From Candidatus Poribacteria bacterium (lineage in GTDB: Bacteria; Poribacteria; WGA-4E; UBA9662), in NCBI GenBank assembly GCA_046582655.1, contig JAYGDX010000016.1:93565-157564 (forward strand): DNA of 64,000 nucleotides. The letters are read 5' to 3'. The position numbers and the translations under genes were made by a program. The notes below the pieces were generated by a model that saw only the letters and a list, made by a program, of their open reading frames with translations, did no database searches and was not told where the DNA came from. This document shows, piece by piece, positions 20,927 through 32,535 of the stretch. Position 1 is the stretch's first letter, and each line of letters starts with the position of its first letter.

Positions 20927-22834
20927 TTGAAGTTAAAAAGCATCACATGGAAATCAATTTTTCTGGGGCTGTTGCTAATTCCAATTAATATATACTGGAT
21001 TGTACGTAGCGAAACCACCGGCCAAATTTTCTATTCGACAACCTCTTCACTGTTCTGCAGTGTCATTTTCATCGTTTTTTTACTGGCATTATTCAATCAA
21101 GTTACAAAGCGATGGTTCCGGCTACATGCACTGGCACAAGGTGAATTGCTTGTTATCTACTCCGTACTCTCTGTTACCACTGCCATGTCGGGAGAAAGTG
21201 TTGGACAACAGTTAGTTCGGATAATGGGCACACCATTTTGGTATGCCACATCTGAAAACGAATGGGCAGCCTTATTTCACCGTTATTTGCCGCCATGGTT
21301 GATTGTTGCAAATAAACCGATTCTCCAGGCTTTCTTTGAAGGAGATCGTGGCGATCCGTCCTTGCTCTATACCGTCCCTCATTTCATGATCTGGTTCCAG
21401 CCACTGCTAATGTGGAGTCTTTTCGTTTTCTTAATCGTGTCCATTATGACATGTATCAACGTTATCGTTCGAAAGCAATGGATTGAGCAGGAGAAGCTAA
21501 CCTATCCCATTATCCAGTTACCACTTGGTCTGACGACGGAGGATAAAAGTCTTCTTGATAATCGAAAGATGTGGATCGGTTTCAGTATTGGTGCTGGTAT
21601 CACGTTATTGAACGGGTTTCACTATCTTTTTCCTATTGTACCGGGGATCAACAATATCAACGATATCAGTGGCCTGTTTTCTACTCATCCATGGGATGTG
21701 GTTCGTCCAATGGTAATCGCGTTCTATCCATGTGCCATTGGACTTGCCTTCCTGATGCCGCTCGATCTTTCAATGTCAACTTGGTTCTTCTTTTTCTTTT
21801 GGAAGGCACAGTTGATTCTTGGTGCAGTTTTCGGATTGAGAAGTCTACCCGGGTTCCCATACGCACGCTGGCAACAAACGGGAGCGTATCTGGCCATTGG
21901 CATCTTGGCTTTGTGGATAAGTCGGCGGCAAATTGGTCATGTGTTTAATGCTGCATGGAAAAGTGTACCTCCTGCTAGTAGCCGCTTGTCTGAACCCATG
22001 AGTTACCGAATAGCTATTTTAGGGTTGGTTGGCGGATTCTCACTGTTGGCACTGTTTGGAATGCAGATGGGTATGACGTCCTGGGTTGCTCTTTCTTTCT
22101 TCAGCTTCTATTTCATTTTATCCATCGCGATCACTCGCATGCGGGCAGAGTTAGGTCCCCTTGTTCATGAATTGTACTACAGCAACGTGGGACAGGCGAT
22201 GACTGCTGTTTTAGGAACACGCCGTATTCCTCCTAGCAGTTTGACCGCCGTGTCGTTGCTATGGTGGTTAACACGTAGTCAAAATTCTCATGTCATGCCT
22301 CATCAGTTGGAGACGTTCAAATTGGCCGAACGAACGGGAGTTGATGCCCACCGATGGTGGGTTTTTATGTTGGTGGCCTCAGTGTTAGGGGGACTCATCT
22401 GTTCTTATGCAGTTCTTGACGCTGGATATCACAACGGTGGCGACGCTGGCTTTGCCCCTGAAACTTATAGACGTCTTCAAGGCTGGTTGTATAATCCACG
22501 CCCAGCAAACTTACCTGCCAGCGTCTTTATGGGAATCGGTTTTCTTTTTGCGTTGCTTCTTCTTTGGCTGAAACAACGATTTCTATGGTGGCCGTTTCAT
22601 CCTCTTGGATATGCTGTTACCCAAGGGGATTGGGCTATCACCTTTATCTGGTTTCCTATTTTTACCAGTTGGCTGCTCAAATTGTTGATTTTAAAGTATG
22701 GGGGAATTCGGGCACATCGAAATGCGATTCCCATCTTTCTCGGCTTAATTCTCGGCGATTTTGTGATGGGGGCAACTTGGGGATTAATTGGTTTAATAAC
22801 AGGACTTCCGACCTATCGGTTCAAAAATTGGTAG
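20927..22834 (+). CDS. Polytopic membrane protein, DUF6785/DUF6784 type (putative transporter)
   Basis: Many hydrophobic helices; motifs KQWIEQEKLTYPIIQLP, RMRAELG, WWPFHPLGY, KYGG and GLILGD. Confidence 0.65.
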   Translation: MKLKSITWKSIFLGLLLIPINIYWIVRSETTGQIFYSTTSSLFCSVIFIVFLLALFNQVTKRWFRLHALAQGELLVIYSVLSVTTAMSGESVGQQLVRIMGTPFWYATSENEWAALFHRYLPPWLIVANKPILQAFFEGDRGDPSLLYTVPHFMIWFQPLLMWSLFVFLIVSIMTCINVIVRKQWIEQEKLTYPIIQLPLGLTTEDKSLLDNRKMWIGFSIGAGITLLNGFHYLFPIVPGINNINDISGLFSTHPWDVVRPMVIAFYPCAIGLAFLMPLDLSMSTWFFFFFWKAQLILGAVFGLRSLPGFPYARWQQTGAYLAIGILALWISRRQIGHVFNAAWKSVPPASSRLSEPMSYRIAILGLVGGFSLLALFGMQMGMTSWVALSFFSFYFILSIAITRMRAELGPLVHELYYSNVGQAMTAVLGTRRIPPSSLTAVSLLWWLTRSQNSHVMPHQLETFKLAERTGVDAHRWWVFMLVASVLGGLICSYAVLDAGYHNGGDAGFAPETYRRLQGWLYNPRPANLPASVFMGIGFLFALLLLWLKQRFLWWPFHPLGYAVTQGDWAITFIWFPIFTSWLLKLLILKYGGIRAHRNAIPIFLGLILGDFVMGATWGLIGLITGLPTYRFKNW

Positions 22835-23213
22835 TTTACGATCGCAACGAATTTAGTAATCTTCTTCTTGATTTGTCTTATTACCAAAATAGCTTTATTG
22901 TAAGACATTTCGTATTTAACTACAGTAGGATTCAATAAGAAGCTTAATCTTAGCATTATTTAGCAACGATAGGGCTATATATACTTGGGGGAATTAGGAG
23001 ATGTATTTTGGTCGTCTTAATTCGGTAGGAGCATTAGATTAAATTAGAGCATTCCAGCAACAAACAACAGAAAATGCCGATTTTGATTTTTAAGACTCGC
23101 CTCAGATCCATCGAATACTGTGATAAGAATTGCTCCCGATACAACAAGAACCGGAATGTGCACTCTAAATGACGCTTCAAACATTGATTACCTGCTCTTC
23201 TGTTAGCAATCAT

Positions 23214-24069
23214 TTAGCTCGGATTATAGGGATGTGCCGCAACTGCGTCTTCATCAAGTTCTACCCCCAGTCCCGGTGCAGTTGGTGGAAGGATATATCC
23301 ATTCTCAAATTGAATGGGTGTTTTCAGGATGTTCGCGTGGAGAGAGGACACATTAAATTCTTGAATGAGAAAGTTTGGGCTGCAGGTTGCCAGTTGAATC
23401 GCAGCGGCTGCTGCGATTGGCCCACAATACATGTGCGGAGCAATAGAAGCATAATGCGCTTCCGCCATCCCCGCGATTTTCTTTGACTCCAAAATTCCAC
23501 CGCAATGCCCTACATCCAACTGGATAATCTGCGCTGCCTGCTTTTTTAAAATCTCGACAAATTCATACTTCGTTAGGAGTCGTTCACCGGTTGCAATCGG
23601 AATGCTGGTGTGGGCGGCGACGCGTGCCATTTCGTCAACGTTTTCCGGGGCTACCGGTTCTTCAAACCAAAATGGGTAGTATTCCTCGAGAATACTGGCA
23701 ATCCTGATGGCACTGGAAATGGTCAATTGGTCGTGCGTCCCAATACCAACTTCCATTTTATCGCCCACCACATCCCGAATGCTGGCAAAGATCTTGGCCA
23801 CGTAATTGATTTCCTATAACGGAATATCACGTGGTTGGGGAAAGAGTGGCGGAAACGGGTCAAACTTCATCGCTGTATTTCCTTCTTCGAGCAGTTCAGC
23901 AGCGATTTCCCCAGCCCGTTCAGGATTCTCCCAAATCCCGTCGGTCGGCATATAGGCATACGCCCTCAATGCCTTCATCTGAAATGAGCTTGACAAAGAG
24001 CTAGCATTGGCCACCATGATACGGCCGCACGTTACCAACCAAAAATGTTTGGACATCAACAATTTTCAT
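23214..24069 (-). pseudogene. Mandelate racemase/galactonate dehydratase-family enolase, internally deleted
   Basis: RBS GGAGG followed by MKIVDVQTFLV...*LFVKLISDEGIEG, fused directly to RAYAY..KFDP. Second TAG at 23814-23816. Downstream WFEEP, ATGER, GGILESKKIA, APH and NFLIQE. Confidence 0.85.
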
Positions 24070-24139
24070 TCTGTTATACCTCCATAATTTACGTTAGGGT
24101 GTGTTATAAATTTTCTCTTCAATTTTTGGCCTGCAATTG

Positions 24140-24377
24140 GATCACTGATGCATCCGCCATCCGCTACCAGCAGACAGCTAGTTGCCCCGTCATCCAGTGC
24201 GCCTATTCAGAGGCTAGAAAGACTATCACACTCCTCTTCAGAGTAGTGACACGGATCACGGTAATAGGTGATGAACACTCTAGAATCCCTCGTTTCGAAC
24301 ACTTTTGATGCATAGCACTGATGTCGTGAGTTGTGCTGGTGATGAGGGCAACCTTGACTCCAATTGTGAGTCAGCAT
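24140..24377 (-). pseudogene. Short-chain dehydrogenase (SDR) remnant
   Basis: KVALITSTTHDIS (degenerate KVALITGxxxGIG) near 24317-24355 and VIVFLASE*AHWMTGQL..VADGG near 24150-24229, with the central part missing. Coordinates approximate. Confidence 0.6.
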
Positions 24378-24834
24378 GTTCCTTTTGCTTGCTTTTGACT
24401 ACGCTGCCGAACTTGTTTTATACGGCTAAAATTCCGTAAAATATCAACATTCAGAAATTTTGCCGTCTATTTACAACTTAATTTGGATACAATCCGTAAA
24501 ATGAGATGATAATAAGGTTCCTGACACAATAAGACAACAAAGTCAAAAACTTTGGTGAAGAGTTGAATTCAAATCACCTTCTAAAAAAACGACCAACAAA
24601 TGCAATTATCGGTCATTTCTTCCTCTTTATTAAGACTAGGCCATTTCAAAAATCCAGCAATAGCTGAAAACTTAGTTTCAAGAAACTATCGATAAATGCA
24701 AAATTTATGCCTGGTAGCCTGAGAACTGCCCCAGTCAGTGGTAAAAGCAACCATCACGGCCAGAGATTATTCGGTTTCGACCATACAGCGAAAGTGACTT
24801 AAGTGCCCCAGATGGATCATGAAGCGGACCCTTT

Positions 24835-25890
24835 CTATTTCCAAAACACTTCAACATCTAACTCATCGGCAAGATCTTCCAGTGCTTTCAGGTGTTTTGG
24901 ATGTAGCGGGATGCCGTCACGCCGGGCCATCTTCTGGTTCAACAACTCAATCTCACCAGGCAGATAGATTCGGTCAACACCATCAGCACGTTCGGCGTTG
25001 CGAATGGTACGGATTTCCTCATCCACTGACTCCGTGAATTCATCTATAGGGCTGAAGTTTTTAACTTTAATGGCGTAAAAGAAATGCCCTCGCCGGGCCA
25101 ACTCCGGCGTTGTCTCCGGCGTTCGGTTACAGGCGGCGGGACCTCCCGTCAGCACCCCACCGAGGATGCTCATCACGATTGCCAATCCGTGCCCTTTGTA
25201 TCCACCGAAAGGCAGCATTCCTCGCGCCAGATGAGGATCTTGTGTTGGCTCACCGCTGGCATCCAGTGCCCAACCAAACGGTAGCTTCTTTCCTTCTATA
25301 ACATAGGTTCCAACATGTCCCCACGCTATCCAACCGCATGCCATATCCAAGACAATTGATGGTTCAACTTTAGTAGGAATTGCATAGGCGATGGGGTGAT
25401 TCCCTAACACGCCTGAGATACCACCATGTGGCACAACGCTTGCACCGCCAGTTTTGGTTGTCGTAAATCCAATCATCTCTTCTGGCAACGCCATCATGGC
25501 GAAGCATGCTCCGGCACCGTAGTGGTTGCTATTACGCACAGCAACCGCTGCAAACCCGGTAGCATCAGCTTTCTTAATTGCCATGTTCATTGCATGCATA
25601 CCCGCAATATGCCCGAGGCTATTGTCCGCATTAATAAGGGCTGTACTCGGTGCTTCTGCCAATACATGCGGGATCGGTTTGGGATTGATTTCTCCGGTGA
25701 TAATACCATGTGCATATCCGGGCAAGGCGCGAGTGCCATGAGAATAAACACCCCGTTCATCTGTTTCAACCTGCATTCGGGCAACATTATCGGCATCTTC
25801 TGCAGGGACTCCCACACGTTGGTAAAGTGTACTGATAAAAGCTTGAAAAGGCTTGGACTGAATGCTAATTTTGTCAGTTTGCTGATCCAT
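24835..25890 (-). CDS. Ldh_2 family (malate/L-sulfolactate/ureidoglycolate/Pyr2C) oxidoreductase
   Basis: Motifs GVYSHG, RNSNHYG, GNHPIAYA, LDMA, PTQDP, GGYKGHGL and IYLPGE. Confidence 0.9.
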   Translation of the reverse strand: MDQQTDKISIQSKPFQAFISTLYQRVGVPAEDADNVARMQVETDERGVYSHGTRALPGYAHGIITGEINPKPIPHVLAEAPSTALINADNSLGHIAGMHAMNMAIKKADATGFAAVAVRNSNHYGAGACFAMMALPEEMIGFTTTKTGGASVVPHGGISGVLGNHPIAYAIPTKVEPSIVLDMACGWIAWGHVGTYVIEGKKLPFGWALDASGEPTQDPHLARGMLPFGGYKGHGLAIVMSILGGVLTGGPAACNRTPETTPELARRGHFFYAIKVKNFSPIDEFTESVDEEIRTIRNAERADGVDRIYLPGEIELLNQKMARRDGIPLHPKHLKALEDLADELDVEVFWK

Positions 25891-26124
25891 TTTTGTTTCC
25901 TCAAATCAACCTCAACATAAACTAAGCAAGCAAAAATACGGGAATTTCTACTTTTAAACAAATCTAATTTTTACGCTCAGTGAAGATGAGACTTGAAACG
26001 TCAAGTATCTTGTCCAGATGGTTCAGAGAATACAAAATATCTTGATTTTTTATATTTAGTTTATTAGGTAGCATAAAATGTGATATTCTACAACTCAAGG
26101 CCAGAAAAATAGAAGGGAATTATC

Positions 26125-27183
26125 ATGCCTACATTCCAAACAGAGACACTTAGACAATACGGCTACGAACTCTTTGAATCTGCTGGTTGCTCATTAGAAG
26201 ATACCCAAGCAGTTGTTGATCATTTGATTGAATCCGATCTTTTTGGGCACCATTCCCATGGAGCGATCCGTTTCTACGAATACGCCCGAGCTATCCGGGA
26301 AGGTCGATTCCAACCCCGCGCTGCACCTGAAGTGGTCATCGATAATCCCTGTGTTGCAGTGGTGGATGCCCATGGTGCCTTGGGGCAAGTCGGAGCGACT
26401 TTTGCCATGAATCTGGCAATCGAAAAAGCCAGGAAATATGGTACCAGCACAGTCACGTTACGGAATACGAGTCATGTAGGCCGCGTTGGTGCCTATCCTT
26501 TACTAACCGCGCGAGCAGGGATGATAGGAATTGCTTTTGTCAACGCTGGTAACCTCGGGTACCAAATTGCTCCTTTTGGTGGTATAGATGGACGTCTGAG
26601 TACCAATCCGATTGCCTTTTCCGCCCCACGCCAGAATGACAATCCAATTCTGGTTGACATGACAACCTCCGTGGTGGCTGAAGGAAAGGTTCGACTTGCT
26701 TTAAACCAGAAAAGACAGGTACCAGAAGGCTGGCTTATCGATGCTCAAGGTAATCCAACTACCGATCCAAATAAGTTTAAGGGAGATCCTCCCGGAGCTA
26801 TCTTACCGTTAGGCGGTGTGGTGGCACACAAGGGTTACGGCCTTAGCTTTGTGGTCGAACTTTTGGGCGGGATCCTCAGCGGTCAGGGCTGCGCCGCAGG
26901 TGAACGCACCATGGTGAGTAATGGTGTACTCTTCACCGTCTATCACATCGAGCACTTCACCGATCTTAACACCTATTTTGATGAAGTAGAAGCTTTGATC
27001 CGACATGTCAAATCAAGCCGGCTAGCCCCAGATTTTGAGGAGATCCTGGTTCCCGGTGAACCCGAATTTCGCTATGCTCAACGAAAACAAAACGAAGGTA
27101 TTGAGATTGATGACACTACTTGGCAAGCTATCTGTGAAGAGGCTAGGGCGTTTGGTCTCAATCCAGATCAATGGCCAAACTGA
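26125..27183 (+). CDS. Ldh_2 family oxidoreductase (HcxB/YbiC-like)
   Basis: Motifs GHHSHG, SHVGRVGAY, STNPIAF, DMTTSVVAEGKVR, HKGYGL and VPGEPE. Confidence 0.9.
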   Translation: MPTFQTETLRQYGYELFESAGCSLEDTQAVVDHLIESDLFGHHSHGAIRFYEYARAIREGRFQPRAAPEVVIDNPCVAVVDAHGALGQVGATFAMNLAIEKARKYGTSTVTLRNTSHVGRVGAYPLLTARAGMIGIAFVNAGNLGYQIAPFGGIDGRLSTNPIAFSAPRQNDNPILVDMTTSVVAEGKVRLALNQKRQVPEGWLIDAQGNPTTDPNKFKGDPPGAILPLGGVVAHKGYGLSFVVELLGGILSGQGCAAGERTMVSNGVLFTVYHIEHFTDLNTYFDEVEALIRHVKSSRLAPDFEEILVPGEPEFRYAQRKQNEGIEIDDTTWQAICEEARAFGLNPDQWPN

Positions 27184-27195
27184 ATCAGACATAAA

Positions 27196-28146
27196 TTATT
27201 CAGGTAAAGTTCCCTCAATCTGGTCAACGAGATGGATGGAATGAATTACATCGCGTAGATCACTAATCGGAACTTCTTTTTTCTGTATGCAATCTATAAA
27301 GTGTTCATGCATCGTCAGGACACCTTCATACCGAGGCCCATCTCCTTGATCTACGCTGTCGACTTCCCAGCCGCCCATTGTGTGGCTTTTGTTGTCCTCG
27401 TGAATTTCAATCTCTCCAGGGATCTTCATATAGCACCCAATGCCGACACCATGGAGTTCAGAGCGAAGAACGCGTCCACCCGAGGCTCGGTTCCCGAACA
27501 TAACTCCCGTTGCATCGTTGTCAAAACGAACTAGTCCGGTATAGCAGTTTCGGCTCTGACCTCCAAACTTATCCTGATAGGCGGTTACTTCTACCGGTTC
27601 GCCACCTGCCATGTATCGCAGAAGATCAACAACATGGCAGACATCATTCCAAAGTGTTGTGGTAAATTCTTTGACACCCAACATTTGCTTGTTGAATGTG
27701 GTTATTGCTGTGGAAACAGGCCCTTTCTCTGCCACACGGCGCATTGCTTCGCGTGTCACAGCAGCGTAGCGACGCTGAAATCCAACCATGGCATATAGAT
27801 CGTTTGCGATTGCCGCCTCCAGTATCTGTTGTGTTTCGTCACTATTTGCGCCGGGCGGCTTTTCGATAAAAATATGTTTCCCGGCATTAAGGCAATCCAG
27901 CGCAGGCTGTAAAATCCACTCCTCTCGCATTACGCAGTAAATGATATCTAGATCTACGCTATCCAGCATTTTGCGGTGATCGGTGAAAGTATGTGAAAAT
28001 CCATATTTCTCAGCAACCTGATTCAGCCGAGTTTCATCCAGTTCGCATACGGCGACCATTTCTACATTATCTTTAAGACGATTAACGCTTGGATAGTGGG
28101 CACCTTGACTTCGGCCACCCGCACCGATAAATCCTGCTTTTAACAT
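27196..28146 (-). CDS. Gfo/Idh/MocA oxidoreductase
   Basis: Motifs GFIGAGG, HIFIEKP, VGFQRRY and CHVVD. Confidence 0.9.
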   Translation of the reverse strand: MLKAGFIGAGGRSQGAHYPSVNRLKDNVEMVAVCELDETRLNQVAEKYGFSHTFTDHRKMLDSVDLDIIYCVMREEWILQPALDCLNAGKHIFIEKPPGANSDETQQILEAAIANDLYAMVGFQRRYAAVTREAMRRVAEKGPVSTAITTFNKQMLGVKEFTTTLWNDVCHVVDLLRYMAGGEPVEVTAYQDKFGGQSRNCYTGLVRFDNDATGVMFGNRASGGRVLRSELHGVGIGCYMKIPGEIEIHEDNKSHTMGGWEVDSVDQGDGPRYEGVLTMHEHFIDCIQKKEVPISDLRDVIHSIHLVDQIEGTLPE

Positions 28147-28466
28147 CGTGAGTTCCTCCAGGATATTGATTGAGTTAAGAAATTACTTGGGATGATTCCG
28201 AATAATACCATATAGGCAAAAACCCTGTCCCTTCTCCATATTAAAGAGATTCTTCATTCTTACAGACTAACAGTGTATTGTCAATAGCTAATTTGTCGGT
28301 ACTGCACAGAAATGAAGCTGGGATTCAGTTGAGATTTTTTAAGTTGAATTGTATTCTTTCGTTGGTAGAATATACATCAACGGTCAAAGTCAATGTTGGA
28401 TGGTGCCAAGTAGTAAGGATACTAATTACGTTTTAATGCTGATAAAACCAAGCAAAGGAGTAAGTA

Positions 28467-29212
28467 ATGAATCAAGCTGACTACGACCATTACTGGGAAG
28501 AGGGCTGGGTCGTTATTGAAGGCATCTATGCTACCGATGAAGTCGATAGTATAGCTTAACTCGCAACTGAAATCAGCAATAAGGAGTTAGAAGACGATGC
28601 CAGTAGTGGTGTTGTTGATCGCCAGGCAAACGGTGCAATCGTACCGAGGAAAATCAATCGGCCTTTCCTGAGAGAACCGGCTTTCCAATCTCTCGTTCTG
28701 GATTTGCGCTTATCAACTATTATCAGTGAACTTGTCGGAGTTGAACCATTGTTGGTTACAGATCAGATTTTTATGAAACCACCATGCTTCGGGAGTGCCA
28801 AGCCGTATCATCAAGACAACTACTATTTTAAATGCAAACCTGCAGATCATGTCATTACTGCTTGGATTGCCATGGATGACGAGGAGGAGTCTAATGGTTG
28901 TCTGCGTTATATTACAGTTCTCACAAGGGACCTATTCTACCGCACGAAACGCTGGACCCCGATGAGCCGTATAATCTTGTGCCACCGCCTGAATTGATCG
29001 ACTTGTCAAAAGAGGCGTTGGCAATAGTCAATAAAGGCGGTGTTGTCTTCCATCATAGCCAAACGTTGCATACCTCACACCGCAACGAATCGGACCGTTG
29101 GCGCCGGGGTTATGATGCTACCCATTGGGCTAGTGCTCAGACTACGTCAGAAAACAGCACAATTGACAGTGCCTATTTTAATCGTGACGATTTTCCGGCT
29201 ATGCAGTCCTGA
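28467..29212 (+). pseudogene. Phytanoyl-CoA dioxygenase (PhyH) family, interrupted
   Basis: RBS AAGGAG; YWEEGWVVIEG; in-frame TAA at 28557; KPP..HQD; TAWIAMDD; NGCLRY; frameshift near 28915; HTSHRNESDRWRR. Confidence 0.85.
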
Positions 29213-29216
29213 TCCT

Positions 29217-30074
29217 TTAGGTCTGGGTCGAATCACTGAGTCCGAGAAGATTTAGCGTGTCACGGTACAGGATTTGTTCCGGCAGATCGTCCGGTAAGGC
29301 TGGTAGGCGCATCTCTTTCGACAGATTGACAATATTGTGCAACCCTTCAACAGTTTCGTCCAGAGTGGCGATAGGATAGTCGGTACCAAAGAGAAGTTTG
29401 TCGGTCACACCATACTCCACGGCTAACCGGAGTGAATTGTAGAATTGCCAGGGGCGATAAAACAGGGCGGAGATATCGGCGAAAACGTTAGGTTGCTTCC
29501 GAATTAATACGATCGTTTCCACTTCCCAAGGATGTCCCATGTGAGCGATGATCATTTTCAGGTCGGGAAATTGGAGGGCGATATCCTCAAGCAAGACAGG
29601 ATTCGCGTACTTTAGTGGTGCTTTCCGTGGGAAGGTAGTGCCCTGATGAAACATAATCGGCAATCCATATTGCTCGGCTTTGGCAAATATGGACATGGCG
29701 CTCGGATCTTGCGGATTCCACCCACCATAGATCGGGCTCATTTTTAGGCCTCTAAGCCCCAGTTCATTGATGGCGCGATCAACCTCAGATAGTGCATCAT
29801 CTTCAGTTGGACAAATAGCGGCAAACCCGATCAGTCTTTTGGCGTCCGTCCGAACATATTCCGCTACCGTGTCATTCACAGTCAGGAATCCAGTGAGAGG
29901 TGCCCGCAACCCAAACACAAGTACACGATCTGCCTTAATTGTATCAGCTGCATGCTGTTCCGCTGTAATGTTCAGTTCAACCTTTTGACGACGCATAATG
30001 AAGGTTTCACTCGCCAGCTCTTCGGTCAATTCTCCCGGATAACGCCAGAAATGTGTATGACAGTCGGTGATCAT
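29217..30074 (-). CDS. Amidohydrolase family protein (Amidohydro_2)
   Basis: Motifs DCHTH, GLK, FHQG, AHMGHPW, ADIS and LFGTDYP. Confidence 0.88.
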   Translation of the reverse strand: MITDCHTHFWRYPGELTEELASETFIMRRQKVELNITAEQHAADTIKADRVLVFGLRAPLTGFLTVNDTVAEYVRTDAKRLIGFAAICPTEDDALSEVDRAINELGLRGLKMSPIYGGWNPQDPSAMSIFAKAEQYGLPIMFHQGTTFPRKAPLKYANPVLLEDIALQFPDLKMIIAHMGHPWEVETIVLIRKQPNVFADISALFYRPWQFYNSLRLAVEYGVTDKLLFGTDYPIATLDETVEGLHNIVNLSKEMRLPALPDDLPEQILYRDTLNLLGLSDSTQT

Positions 30075-30125
30075 TAGATCTAAGATTCCATAATTAAGGT
30101 AAGGATACAGGATCAATTTCATCAA

Positions 30126-30901
30126 TTAAGGCAGATCCACATCATAACATTCGCTTTTTAAAAAAGCTAACATTCGCATTCGTTTTTGGGTCGCATCCTT
30201 GAAGAGTTCCGGAGTGTAATACTTCCATCCGGATGAACCGTCTCGCATGTAAAGGTGTGTAATATAATCTTTTTCAGCTTGCGTCCGCGGTTTTTGCATA
30301 TAATTGAGGTAAATCCCGCGCCGTTCAGCACCTTCTCCGAAGGCTGAGTGATAGAATTTTACGTTAAACACAATGGCATCACCCAGATCTGATTCGATGG
30401 GATAAGTGCCAGGGACGCGTCCTTGCCCAATAAAAGAATCTCGTTACCATAGTTCTCCATGCGTTCTCGATAAGGCTGAAACTGACTGCCCGGCAAGACA
30501 GAGAGACACCCTGTATCGGCACATACCGGATCAAGGAATAGGACAATTTTTAAGTGGGTATGACCTTCTGAAGACACATCATCGTGGTGCCAGCTAGTAC
30601 CGCCAAAATGATGGATGCCTTCTGATACTGTAAATACGAAGTCTTTACCTATTAAGTCTTGAACCACTTGGTAGATACGATCGTCGTCAAGGAGCCGGTT
30701 ATAGACATCTGTATTATGTCGATAGAATGAAACAACCTGTTGGCGTTTGGGTGCTTGGTTCCAAGGTACGCCATTGTTGGCCTGAATCATTGTCTCATCA
30801 AAGGCATCAATATAGATTTGCATTTCATCTGGTGGAATCAGATTTTTCAAACAGATAAATCTAAGCGTTTCAAATTGATGTTTCTGCGAGTCTGTGAGCA
30901 T
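30126..30901 (-). pseudogene. PhyH-family dioxygenase, frameshifted
   Basis: MLTDSQKHQFET, WHHD and GCLSVLPGS; frameshift near 30410-30370; then FYHSAFG..RR. Confidence 0.75.
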
Positions 30902-31279
30902 CTGTGATCTTCTATCTACAATCTACTGACGTTGTTTTCTTTCAGGACTAAATTATCGTATTAGAGAGCCAATGTCGCCTAGTCAGGGTTACAGACTAAA
31001 AGACAAAATGGCCTCCAAGATTCTTCAGAGACATTTTAATGAAAGAGAATACAAGGTAATAAAAATTGTTGCAAGTGCAATTAGACTGGCAGATTGAACC
31101 TTTCTTCTATACCCCCGAAAAAGCGAGGCTTCAATTTAGACGTGACCTATCTTGAAACCAATTGGTAAACTGTTTCCTGTTTTAGCCTTAACTTCCGAAC
31201 TTACTTGGCTGGTTTATGGTTGACTGAATCCTGCTCCTGAAAACCAAAAAGTATTCAAGCAGCAAAAGTAAAAAGCATC

Positions 31280-31308
31280 TTGACGACAATCGTCAATCCT
31301 CATAAAAT
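31280..31308 (+). promoter_or_regulatory. sigma70 promoter with palindrome over the -35
   Basis: TTGACG-N17-TAAAAT, with inverted repeat TTGACGA-CAA-TCGTCAA at 31280-31296. Confidence 0.6.
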
Positions 31309-31393
31309 GGTTCACCATATTGAGTTGTTATTTTAATCTGTTGTTGGCTGCCGATGGGTCTTCAACAACGGAGACAAGAGGCAGAAATAGTGT

Positions 31394-32438
31394 ATGAATA
31401 AGAACGTGTCATTCAGGAAAACATACAGGGATTTGATCCGGATTTCGTTGATCTCCTTGCTCTGGTTTGAACTGAAGCGGGGCGTTTCCAGTGCCGACAA
31501 GTTGCCAGTTTTTCTCGGTCAGGGACTGATTTGTGGTGAAGTCAGCCAAACCAGTGCGATTCTCCAGTCACGCCTCACGCCGACCGTAACTCTTGATTCA
31601 ATTGGGAATCTGCTTGGAGCGTCTGGAATTGGGCGGTTTGAATTGGCAACCAATCCTAATTTCACCAATTCATTCTACACAGAGTGGATGCACTCAACCG
31701 CTGATCACGATTATATCATTAAAACCAAAGTCACAGATCTTCAATCGGGAACACGCTACTACTGCCGTCTGCAATATGGTAAGAGCGAAACCGCTATGCG
31801 TGCGGCAAGTATGTGTACCTTCAGGACACACGCTGGAATCGATAGTGCAGAAGAAGTTTCCTTCGTCGTTTTGACAGGTATGAATCACTATTACTTCCAC
31901 TATGGCAAGTATGATCCGATGGCAGCTTACAAAAGTGATGACAAGTACTTGGGCTATCCCGCACTGGCGACGATTCGGAAAATAAGGCCAGATTTTTTGT
32001 CGGTACTGGCCAACATCTATTTTTATGTTCCCAGCGTGAAGGCTTACAATCGTAGCATTGGACAAGAAAAACATTTACCATCAAGCCATGGAAGACAGGA
32101 GGTTTTGACTGAGATGGGGATGAGAAAAAAATACCACGAACAGCTCGTCCAACCCCGTTTCATCGAACTTTTTGCATATGTATCAACATACTTGGGAGAA
32201 AGATGATCATGATTACCGGGGAACGATTGTGATCCGCACATTGATTACCCGATTTCTCATGCGTTGGGTGTCCGAAACTTCCGCGAACAGTTGCCTGTCG
32301 TAGATCCGACCGACGAATTTCCAAGATCCTGCCTCAAGTGGCTTTCTGAAGTTTGTTGCTACACCAGATCCTCCCCGTCTTGAATTTATTTATTTCGATG
32401 AGAATAGCAGTGAACTATATCGTCATCAGAAGGAGTAA
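31394..32438 (+). pseudogene. Alkaline phosphatase D (PhoD)-like, frameshifted and internally deleted
   Basis: GEVSQTSAILQSRL, DLQSGTRY and CTFRT; shift near 32195 to DDHDYRGND..FREQLP; then jumps to a short C-terminus (YRHQKE*). Confidence 0.7.
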
Positions 32439-32535
32439 TCGCTAAGCGAGAATCTACACGAGACCTAGCAAATATTCCGGTTTTGGCGACCAAACCAAAA
32501 GTTACACCATCTGTAGAGTGCAGGAGGACAGCAAT

